A stretch of DNA of 60,275 nucleotides, from the NCBI GenBank assembly GCA_015521465.1, contig WAOD01000062.1, positions 1 to 60,275 on the forward strand, given 5' to 3'. Below are positions 1 through 8,197 of the stretch, one piece after another. Source of the DNA: DHVE2 group archaeon. GTDB lineage: Archaea > Thermoplasmatota > Thermoplasmata > Thermoplasmatales > Aciduliprofundaceae. A program made the position numbers and the translations under genes. The notes beneath the pieces were generated by a model that was not told where the DNA came from, ran no database searches, and was given only the letters and a program-made list of their open reading frames with translations. The stretch's first letter is position 1. The number at the start of each line of letters is the position of its first letter.

Positions 1-2298
1 GTTTTATACCTTACCAATGTTAGTAGATCATTCATATCTGGGAATTACGGTTTCATAGGTCTGGTTAACTGCAGCAACATAACCATCACTGCAAAAAAAA
101 TCTACAATGAATACGAAGGCTTTCTCTTGGCTTACAGCAAAGATATAAGTATTGGTCAAATTACAATAAATGAATCTTACTATGGAATATTTGGCTACAA
201 CTCTACGGAAATAAATGTTTATAATATGAGTGTTGAATCGGTTAGCAGGGGGGTCATGATTCATAATTCCACCAATGGTTATTTTGAACATGGAAATGTT
301 ACAAATTCCTCTTATGGGTTCTTTGTAGAAGGTTCCAACTGGATTAAAATAGCGAATTTCACATTCACTTACACGCAAAACACGGTAATTTACATTAAAG
401 ACTCTGGAAATGCAAGCATTACCAACAACACCTTGCTGAACATAACCAAAAACGGAGTTATTGTTTTAGATTCTGAAAACATGTCTTTGCAAGGAAATCG
501 ATTTACAGGTAAAAACATATATGTATATTACCAGCACTACCACATAATAGATTTCGCATCTTCCAAGAACATCACAGTGGAATACAACAGAATCGAGCAC
601 ATACCCAACGTATATTCTGAACCCTTCTATATTTACAAAGGAAGAGACATCATAGTATCCAGAAACACAATAAAAGATGTGTTAACAAAAGGTATCTCTA
701 CTAAATATTTAAGTGCCAACGTGACAATAAGAGATAACCTGCTCATGGGCATGAACACTGGGATTGATGTAGAATCATCATCTAATGTTAAAATCATAAA
801 TAACACAATATACAACACAAGTAGAGGTTTGTACATGGGTGGTGGTAAATACAATCTGGTTAGATATAACAACATATCCCACTCATCGAGCTATGGGATA
901 TATCTTCACAGCGTAAGTAACTCTCTCATAGAATTAAATAATGTATCTTTCACCCATGGTAAATATTCTCCTAGTACTGGTATTTATTTTGAAGGAGCAG
1001 GCGAAGTTGAGAAATATTATACGGTAATAAGAGCAAACACGCTTTGGAATAACACTGGTCCTGGAATTTATGTATATCATTGTGGCGGGATTAAGATTTA
1101 TGACAATTTCTTCTATTATAATAGAGGCTCTAATGATACATATAATCATACTCACATACAGGCTAAAGTTGATGAGGCAAGATACACCACATGGTATTCT
1201 GAGGGCGGATATGGAAATTACTGGTATGACTGGGCAAATAATAATGATAGTAATGACCAAAATAACGATGGTATCGTTGACTGGAAGTATTGGTTAGAGA
1301 AGGATGTTCTTGGGTATGTATCTGATCCCTATCCTTTAAAATATCCAATAATTTTGCGAGATCCGTCCGCTCCATTGAATCTAACCATATCAAACTACAG
1401 CGTTAACAACACCTATGTGAACCTTAGTTGGAAACCACCCCTTTCAGATGGTGGCGTTCCCATTAAAAAATACTATATCTATCGTTATTATACTAATGGT
1501 GTAGGAGGATGGTACTCTACTACGCGTATTGCAACGGTGGATGCAAATCAATTGTGGTACAATGATACAAGTGTATCCAAGGGTTACAAGTACTTCTATT
1601 ATGTAACAGCAGTGGCTGCCACGGAGGGGCCACCAAGCGAGACGGTAGATGTTATAATTGCAAACCCGCCTGATCCACCAAAGAACGTTAAGGCTGTGGC
1701 AGGTGATGGAGAGGTAACTCTCACGTGGAGCATATCCTCTTGGGGCGGAGGCGATGTGTATCCCAAAGGAATAAAGATTTACAGAAATGGAGTATTCTTA
1801 AAGAAAGTGGATTCATATACCACAAAATACGTTGATAAAGATGTTGTAAATGGAGAAAATTACACATACTATCTCACACAGTTGAATCAGTTCTTTGAGA
1901 GCAGACCAAGCGAAAATGTAACCGTTAGACCTATTGGAAAGCCCGAGAGTCCAACTAATCTTAATGCAACAGTTGGTAATGGGTATGTTAATTTGACATG
2001 GCAACCTCCAGTGAGTGATGGTGGGGACTCCCTTAAAGGTTACAACATATACAAAAACGGAGTACTTGTCGTAACAGTATCACCGAATCAAACATACTAC
2101 AATGATACCAATGTAGTTAGTGGGCAAACATACATGTATTATGTAACCGCTATCAACTCCGCCGGGGAGAGTAACCCTAGCAACGAGGTGCAAGCCACAC
2201 TACCTGGAACAATTCCAGAATTATCTGCAGGAATTTGGACAGTGATCTTCACACTAATTTCTATGATTTTATTTGAGAAATATCGTAAATATTCTTAA
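1..2298 (+). CDS. Cell-surface protein: right-handed beta-helix (NosD/pectin-lyase-like) repeats, 3 fibronectin type III domains and PEF-CTERM-like anchor; 5' end lies outside the window
   Basis: Frame is open from base 1. Asn-rich repeats (IxNNTI..GIYL), GNYWYDW/DPYPL motif, FN3 motifs (PSAPLNL..LSWKPPLSDGG..YYVTA) three times, C-terminus IPEL + hydrophobic helix + KYRK. Confidence 0.85.
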   Translation, partial: VLYLTNVSRSFISGNYGFIGLVNCSNITITAKKIYNEYEGFLLAYSKDISIGQITINESYYGIFGYNSTEINVYNMSVESVSRGVMIHNSTNGYFEHGNVTNSSYGFFVEGSNWIKIANFTFTYTQNTVIYIKDSGNASITNNTLLNITKNGVIVLDSENMSLQGNRFTGKNIYVYYQHYHIIDFASSKNITVEYNRIEHIPNVYSEPFYIYKGRDIIVSRNTIKDVLTKGISTKYLSANVTIRDNLLMGMNTGIDVESSSNVKIINNTIYNTSRGLYMGGGKYNLVRYNNISHSSSYGIYLHSVSNSLIELNNVSFTHGKYSPSTGIYFEGAGEVEKYYTVIRANTLWNNTGPGIYVYHCGGIKIYDNFFYYNRGSNDTYNHTHIQAKVDEARYTTWYSEGGYGNYWYDWANNNDSNDQNNDGIVDWKYWLEKDVLGYVSDPYPLKYPIILRDPSAPLNLTISNYSVNNTYVNLSWKPPLSDGGVPIKKYYIYRYYTNGVGGWYSTTRIATVDANQLWYNDTSVSKGYKYFYYVTAVAATEGPPSETVDVIIANPPDPPKNVKAVAGDGEVTLTWSISSWGGGDVYPKGIKIYRNGVFLKKVDSYTTKYVDKDVVNGENYTYYLTQLNQFFESRPSENVTVRPIGKPESPTNLNATVGNGYVNLTWQPPVSDGGDSLKGYNIYKNGVLVVTVSPNQTYYNDTNVVSGQTYMYYVTAINSAGESNPSNEVQATLPGTIPELSAGIWTVIFTLISMILFEKYRKYS

Positions 2299-2307
2299 TT
2301 TTTTTTT
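2299..2307 (+). terminator. Oligo-T archaeal terminator
   Basis: T9 run directly after the TAA at 2296-2298. Confidence 0.5.
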
Positions 2308-2362
2308 CATTTGAATAGGTAACGAAACTTCAGATGGTATATAAAAAGAGATGGAAGGATTC

Positions 2363-2632
2363 CTAACTGATCTCCGCTTTCTCCAGCAGAAACGCCCACG
2401 AGCCTTCCTCGTCTTCCGGGTCGAAGTCACCGGTGGTTTGCTCGAACGCTTTACGCAGTTGCTTAATGGTGAATCTAATTTTCTTTTTCTTGTGCAGGTA
2501 CCGCACCACGTGCACCAGCGCCATGTATCTGGACCAGTGTGTGTACTCTGCGATATCGTTCACAATTCCAGTCAATGATTTCCCCTGTTTCCACATTTTC
2601 CATATCTTCCTGTCCAGCGATTCAAAGCTCAT
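2363..2632 (-). CDS. Small hypothetical protein of the element
   Basis: 89 aa; 4-nt overlap with the upstream ORF and GGAGG upstream. Confidence 0.6.
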   Translation of the reverse strand: MSFESLDRKIWKMWKQGKSLTGIVNDIAEYTHWSRYMALVHVVRYLHKKKKIRFTIKQLRKAFEQTTGDFDPEDEEGSWAFLLEKAEIS

Positions 2633-2817
2633 GGTTCTCCCTCCCTCTGTGTCAGCCCTATAATCTTACCAAGTCCGTACTTCTTCATTAGCACCGCAAA
2701 TTTGAGGTCCACAACGATTATTTCTCCCTCTTTTGCTGTAAGATCCTCTTTGGGCAATGCTATCCGAAAGTCCCGAGTACATTTCACTCTAGCGCACATT
2801 TGCCTCGTCATCTTCAA
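2629..2817 (-). CDS. Small protein, possibly AbrB/SpoVT-like DNA-binding
   Basis: 62 aa with ARVKCTRDFRIALPKE...EGEIIVV, resembling the AbrB swapped hairpin (RxxIPK...GD.V). Confidence 0.5.
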   Translation of the reverse strand: MKMTRQMCARVKCTRDFRIALPKEDLTAKEGEIIVVDLKFAVLMKKYGLGKIIGLTQREGEP

Positions 2818-4456
2818 TCACATCTATCTTCCCAGCAGTTAGCAGTTGCTCAGCCAATTCTATTGGGCACTTCAACACTGAGCCAGCCGTTAGTAGTACA
2901 TCTTTTCCCAACACCTCAGAGTACCAAGAGAACGGCTCTAACACGCAGCAGTTGACTGTATCTTCCTCTTTGCATAGCTCATTGATTAAAATCTCCAGTT
3001 CTATTTCCGTGGGCTCTGGTAGTAAATCAAGCACAGATTCGTAGTCAATTTCCGGATCCTTTACAATATCGGGAATTTCCATTATAGACTCATTTGTTCT
3101 GTATTTCCTCCATCCTTCAACCCATCTCCGCGTATCCGTAAGATAGATGTATCTACCACGCACCTTTGAGTCCCCTATGGTTATCGTTCTCCTTTTCGTG
3201 TGGAATCCGAGCTCTTGCATGAGCCTTCCAATTCTCGCATTGCTCATACCCGTTATATCCGCTAACATGCCCGCGGTAATCGCAACAATCTTTCCCTCGC
3301 CTTCGGTGTCTTCGTAATACGCATAGGTGATATATTTCTTGAATTTCTCTGGCAAATCCTTGCCGTGGATTATTCCCTGCGCAATGTCCACTATTGCATT
3401 GAATATCTGGCCCTCAGCACTGTTTGCTCGTTGCTCGGCAATTTTTTTCTGCCTATCTAAGAGCCATTTAACAAAGGAGTTCTGCATGATGCCGTCCCCG
3501 AAAAGTGGAAGAATGATAGAAAGCGGAGCGGCCAGTTGTTTGAGTCTTGGCTCCACAGGCAGCTGCTGAACCAGCTCGATTTTCTCGTCATCAACTCTTT
3601 TCCAGTTTCTCAAACACCATGCTGCTATCATATCCCTAAGCCTCTCTGTCTCTTCGAAATATGTAGTTGGCAGCACCGGCGGAATGTCCCTACGGTTTGT
3701 CTCGTACGGAGAGATAGACAGAATTCTCCCTTCTGTTGCAGCGTCCCTGAATGGCTCTCGCATGGCAAATATCTTCGGTGAGAACGGGTCAAAAGCCTCG
3801 ATTTTCGATGGGTCATTCCGGTTGCTCATTATAGCCACTTTTCTCCTTTCGAAGCCTGCGTTTACGAATTTCACAAGATCATTTTCTTTATCACCTTTGA
3901 AATCGGCCTCGTCGAGCACTAAAGTTCCCTTTGCAATCTCCTGCACTCTCATAATCGCACTGCGAGTTGCCGTGCCTGCCAACATCAGGGGATAAAAGCA
4001 CAAATCTCCTGTAACCGTGAGCATCCGCGATTTGCCTTTCCCACTGTCTCCTAAGAACCGCAGATACGCAACCGTGTTCGATTTTCTGTAAAACCACGTA
4101 AAAAGTATAAAGAACACTACAAGCTCAAGGTCATTCTCGGGCAGATCCACATATTTTCTCAGGTGCTCCTTTATTCTCGCGAATAATTCTGGCGTTTCTA
4201 TATGCTCCGCGTTAACTATGTTGGTAGTGGGATACTCCAAGGGTAACCGGTGCCCCTTCTTGTCGAGTTTTGGCACTAAGGGCCGGTATTTCTCCCCATC
4301 AACTGTTACTTCCTCGGTCAGTTTTATCTCTTCGCTTTCTGGGTCATAGTACGCGAAATAGTAACCCTGTGCTCCTTTGACCGCCAGGTATATCCTGTCC
4401 TCTGTGTCAATGAACGTCACTTCCTTGTAATCCTTTTTCTTCTGCTTTTTGGCCAT
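2789..4456 (-). CDS. Element replication ATPase/helicase-like protein with winged helix and C-terminal GINS-B-like domain
   Basis: Walker A GDSGKGKS, Walker B LVLDEAD, HTH-like ITAGMLADITGMSNARIGRLMQELGF; lies directly downstream of a primase fragment. Confidence 0.75.
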   Translation of the reverse strand: MAKKQKKKDYKEVTFIDTEDRIYLAVKGAQGYYFAYYDPESEEIKLTEEVTVDGEKYRPLVPKLDKKGHRLPLEYPTTNIVNAEHIETPELFARIKEHLRKYVDLPENDLELVVFFILFTWFYRKSNTVAYLRFLGDSGKGKSRMLTVTGDLCFYPLMLAGTATRSAIMRVQEIAKGTLVLDEADFKGDKENDLVKFVNAGFERRKVAIMSNRNDPSKIEAFDPFSPKIFAMREPFRDAATEGRILSISPYETNRRDIPPVLPTTYFEETERLRDMIAAWCLRNWKRVDDEKIELVQQLPVEPRLKQLAAPLSIILPLFGDGIMQNSFVKWLLDRQKKIAEQRANSAEGQIFNAIVDIAQGIIHGKDLPEKFKKYITYAYYEDTEGEGKIVAITAGMLADITGMSNARIGRLMQELGFHTKRRTITIGDSKVRGRYIYLTDTRRWVEGWRKYRTNESIMEIPDIVKDPEIDYESVLDLLPEPTEIELEILINELCKEEDTVNCCVLEPFSWYSEVLGKDVLLTAGSVLKCPIELAEQLLTAGKIDVIEDDEANVR

Positions 4457-4459
4457 GTT

Positions 4460-4969
4460 TCACCACCTCCTGCTGGCTACCCACTCCCTTGCCTTCATTA
4501 TTGTCAGTTCCCGGTATCTATTGCCCGCCGTGGGCCATTTTCCTATTCCGCAGCGCATCATCACTTCGTTGATCTCTGCGTCCGTGAAACCCTGGTACAC
4601 GAGTTCTCGCACACAAGCAAGTTCGGCCTCACTGCGGCTCGGGTATCCGTACCGTGCCCACCTTCCTTCACAAAGGTCCCGGAACCACTTGTCCCTGTGC
4701 ATAAGTTCCTCGATGGTTGGATGGTCGTGAGATTGCTGTAAAATGCTTCCTTTTATCCCATTCGTGCTCTCTCCCGTGTCATTTAAAATGCTCTCAAGAA
4801 GTGTCGCATTCCGTTCTCTGGCGTTTTCTATGTCCCCCATGTCAAATTTGTCGTACCAGTAAGTAAGCAGTGGGTAGTGTGGAATCTTTAGATTTGTAAA
4901 GCCGATGGGCTGAAACAGTCTATTGATGTTATAGGTATGGTAGAACTCCACGCCAGAGTCATTCCGCAC
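4460..4969 (-). pseudogene. C-terminal part of a primase-polymerase (helix-bundle domain); catalytic N-terminus missing
   Basis: YPSRSEAELACVREL...GKW...YRELTIMKA helix-bundle motif and INRLFQPIGFTNLK; the frame hits a stop just beyond 5011. Confidence 0.6.
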
Positions 4970-5012
4970 CTGCGGAATCAGAAAAATCAGGTAATTACGC
5001 AGCTGCGTAATT
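4961..5012. repeat. Two related 18-bp palindromes 33 bp apart
   Basis: ATTCCGCACCTGCGGAAT (4961-4978) and ATTACGCAGCTGCGTAAT (4994-5011, perfect 20-mer at 4993-5012); 15/18 identical. Confidence 0.85.
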
Positions 5013-5040
5013 TATCAAACAGATGCATGTCAAAGGGTCT

Positions 5041-6345
5041 TCACATGCCAAGCAGCCATTTCCACAGAGGAACAAAAACTATCTTTTTGCCTTTTATTTC
5101 CTCAACAGCATCGTAGGAAGAGTTAATAACCAAAAGATTCTCGCAGTTCAGCGCATCACTTGCTTTGATTAGCGCAGTAACCTCTCTTTTTTTGGTATCG
5201 TAGTCCGACACATCGTAGGAAACTTGGATTAGCTGCTCTATTTTCAAATCATTTCTAATGACAAAATCAACTTCTTTTCCTCTCTGATCTTTCCAGTAGA
5301 ACACATCAAAATTATCTTTCGAACCTCTTCTGAGAAGCTCCACAGCGACCATATTCTCGTAAAGTCTGCCCATATCCTTTGAGAATTTAGTGGATATGCT
5401 GGATATGAACCCGTTGTCTATGATGTAAACCTTCCGAGGATACTGCATCTGGTCCTTGATTTTGTAAGAGAATATGGGGATACTATGTATAAAATAAGAG
5501 CTTTCGATGTAGCCCAGATAGTTCAATACAGTGGTCTTTCCGATGTGGTATCCCATGCTCTTCAGGGTGTTGTACAGCTTACTTATAGAGTAATTCGTGG
5601 AGTTCAATAGTAACTTTAAAAGAGCTTTGATTCCTTCCTCGTTACCAACATTGAATCTCTCGATTATATCCCTGCTCAGAACCGTTCTGAAGTAATCCTG
5701 CAGGATCTCAAACTTTTTGCTCTCATCCGCTAAAACCACTTCCGGCATACCTCCATAGGTAAGGTACTCATTGAGAGCCCTTAAAATCACGGTCCGGGTG
5801 CTCTCTGAATACTCCGCATCCTTATAATTAACATTAATGTTCTTAAATCTCAAAAACTCGGTAAAAGAAAGGGGATGTACCTTAATTTCGAGGCTTCTAC
5901 CCCGCAATTCCGTGGGTAGCTCTCTGCTGGAAACCTTGGACGATGAGCCAGTGATGAATATATTGACGCTTTCGTTATCGTATATTCTCCTCAACCACTT
6001 GCTCCAGTGGGGCATGTTCTGAATCTCGTCCAGCAAAAGATATCTCGGCTCCGAAAATGTCTCTTTTATTGCAGGAACCAAATTAGTCAAGAATTCCGTG
6101 CTCTCCGGTATTCTCTCATCATCAAAGTTGATGTAAATCACTTCCTCCCGGCTGTACTCCTTAAGCAACTTTTTTATTAGAGAATAGAGAATGTACGTTT
6201 TTCCAACTCTTCTAAATCCCGTAATTGCCACTATCTTGCGAGGAGTCATTTTCAGGTATCCCTCTAGCTCCACCTCTCTTGGGATTATTTCGGGAATCTT
6301 TTTGTCCTTCCACGAATACAGGATTGTCTTTATTGTATTATCCAT
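5041..6345 (-). CDS. AAA+ ATP-binding protein (AAA_14 + DUF4143 family)
   Basis: GFRRVGKT, LLLDEIQ, ITGSSS, YGGMPEVV, KVYIIDNG, LYENMVAVEL, EVDFV..IQVS; likely start MDNTIK at 6345. Confidence 0.9.
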   Translation of the reverse strand: MDNTIKTILYSWKDKKIPEIIPREVELEGYLKMTPRKIVAITGFRRVGKTYILYSLIKKLLKEYSREEVIYINFDDERIPESTEFLTNLVPAIKETFSEPRYLLLDEIQNMPHWSKWLRRIYDNESVNIFITGSSSKVSSRELPTELRGRSLEIKVHPLSFTEFLRFKNINVNYKDAEYSESTRTVILRALNEYLTYGGMPEVVLADESKKFEILQDYFRTVLSRDIIERFNVGNEEGIKALLKLLLNSTNYSISKLYNTLKSMGYHIGKTTVLNYLGYIESSYFIHSIPIFSYKIKDQMQYPRKVYIIDNGFISSISTKFSKDMGRLYENMVAVELLRRGSKDNFDVFYWKDQRGKEVDFVIRNDLKIEQLIQVSYDVSDYDTKKREVTALIKASDALNCENLLVINSSYDAVEEIKGKKIVFVPLWKWLLGM

Positions 6346-6418
6346 GGTACAATAATGATATGAAACTGTACTACTTAACCTTTTTGCAGTATGATTTCGG
6401 ATTTCCATTGAATTGCAA

Positions 6419-7168
6419 TTATTGCAACAGAAACCTCCACAGCGGGATCAATGTCACTCCGTTCATGTCTCCCTCTTTTGTTCTTGTTATCACCGCTTTA
6501 GAATAACCTCTCAAATTTCTCAGATTCTTCAAGTCCTCCTCGGCGATGTTGTCTTTGTATTTTGACTCCCATGCCATATTACCACGAACAAAATCCACTT
6601 CGAGCCCTGATGTGCGATGATACCGCACCTCTCCTTGCTGCTTTAGCTTTAAATACACCAGATTCTCCACAATTGCCCCCAAATTTATTTTGTCCACTAT
6701 TACCGTGAAAAACCCAGTATCCTCGAGGTATATTTTTCTTGGGGATACCTTTCTCTCAGATAGTTTTCCTTCTCTCTCCACGTCGTATATCAAATTAGCC
6801 TCCTTGAAGAAATACAGTATATCGCTCACATCATCTTTGGATATTCCAACGCATCTGGCAATTTTTCTCAGGCTCGCAGGTGTGCCCACACTCTGCGCCA
6901 AGCATGCCAAAGTATCCGCGAGATTTTCAACGTTTCTTATCCCATGGGTCCCTGCAATATCTCTGTATATGATGGTGCCTAGAAGGTATTGGAGATAATT
7001 CAAATCCTTTGTTTTTACATATTCTGGTAACCCACCCATTGTGGCGTACTCTTCCGCTAATTTGGGATAAAGATGTGCATCCGCAGGCGTGATTTCGTTG
7101 TTTGTGAATTGAAGATATTCTCTAAAGTTTAGAGGATAGACATGAATTACCCTTTGCTTCCCTGTCAA
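6419..7168 (-). pseudogene. N-terminally truncated second AAA_14/DUF4143 ATPase
   Basis: Begins at LTGK..VYPLNFREY, downstream of the Walker motifs; keeps GGLPE, KIYLEDTG, IVEN, EVDFV; no Walker A/B, in-frame stop near 7190. Confidence 0.75.
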
Positions 7169-7276
7169 AGATGGTATATAAATGTGTCTCTAAATAATTG
7201 GACACTATTGCTTTTTACTGTCTATTCACAATATGACAACATAAAATCCTGTTTCTCTGACGGTCATGGCCCCAAA

Positions 7277-8128
7277 TTATGGTTCAAACACCTTTACTAT
7301 CTCACCTACCACCTGTGGGTACCAGTAATCCGCCTGCTTCACCTTCGCGAGGTAGTGCATGGAACCGATGCTCACTGGACTGCGACCCTGTATGAAATCT
7401 GCCACACTCTCCGGCACGTTGTGCATAATAAGGAAGTTGTAGTTCCACTTGCGCAAGTACTTGGGTGAGAGTGTACGCCTTGCGAAATAATTGGTTACGC
7501 CCCTGTCAGTTATCTCATATCTCTTCATAACTTCAAAGATATTCAAAGGCATGTATGCATAGTAAGAACGCTTGGTACCCCTCGAAGAGAATATTGGTAA
7601 ACGAACAAAGTTATCCGCGATGTGAGCTCTTGATCTATCAAAATTATTTATCAGGTGCACTCCCTCAATAACTCTTAATCCAGACACCGCAAGAAGCAAA
7701 AACACGGTGCGGTATCTTTCGTCATTAATCTCGTTGTATGCTTTTATCACCTCTTCATTGGAAGGGATGTAATTATCCACGTTAGAGCGAACGACTTTCA
7801 GTATCCTTCGATATTTTGCCAAGGTTCCTGGGTCTATGAGATCAAATTCCTCATAATAGTTCAGTAGATTTCGGAGTGCAAGAACTATATACTTCTTGCC
7901 GGTTGCTTTTTCTCTTATTTCCCATAGTTCATGGAGGTCACTAATGATTTTAGTTCCAACAAATCTATCAAGAGTGCTTATAATGGCCTTTACGTATTTT
8001 TCGGATGTGACTCTCTTGCTTAGCCATACAGTAAAATCCGCCTTCACAGACGCATAATCCAGAGAAAACCGGTACGGTTGAGGGGCCAGTCCCGTAGGGG
8101 TTCCTGGGTTCAAATCCCAGCCCCCGCA
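7277..8128 (-). CDS. SSV1/pTN3-type tyrosine integrase, C-terminal fragment Int(C), split at the att site
   Basis: Catalytic motifs SGLRVIE, RGTKRSY, YLRK, FIQGR, MHY; frame reads CGGWDLNPG through the antisense of the tRNA half and is closed by a stop just beyond it. Confidence 0.88.
   Translation of the reverse strand, partial: CGGWDLNPGTPTGLAPQPYRFSLDYASVKADFTVWLSKRVTSEKYVKAIISTLDRFVGTKIISDLHELWEIREKATGKKYIVLALRNLLNYYEEFDLIDPGTLAKYRRILKVVRSNVDNYIPSNEEVIKAYNEINDERYRTVFLLLAVSGLRVIEGVHLINNFDRSRAHIADNFVRLPIFSSRGTKRSYYAYMPLNIFEVMKRYEITDRGVTNYFARRTLSPKYLRKWNYNFLIMHNVPESVADFIQGRSPVSIGSMHYLAKVKQADYWYPQVVGEIVKVFEP
8078..8128 (+). repeat. att site: 3' half of tRNA-Leu(GAG) from anticodon loop to discriminator
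   Basis: TTGAGGG-GCCAG-TCCCGTAGGGGTT-CCTGGGTTCAAATCCCAG-CCCCCGCA then T-run; upstream TACGG cannot pair with GCCAG and there is no D-arm. Confidence 0.88.
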
Positions 8129-8197
8129 CTTTTTAGCTGTTGTTGTTTATAATATGAGAAATCGCAACTCTAAAATACGCTGCTCCAATCCCTCACC

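Larger units (their letters stand above)
2332..8128 (-). mobile_element. Decayed integrated plasmid/provirus at tRNA-Leu(GAG); right att at 8078-8128; left boundary probably outside the window
   Basis: Co-oriented minus-strand integrase fragment, primase fragment, helicase-like ATPase and small ORFs, ending in a tRNA 3' half. Confidence 0.85.

Noticed and set aside
8041..8128. Intact tRNA-Leu(GAG)
   Set aside because: No 5' acceptor strand or D-arm; the upstream bases are integrase coding sequence.
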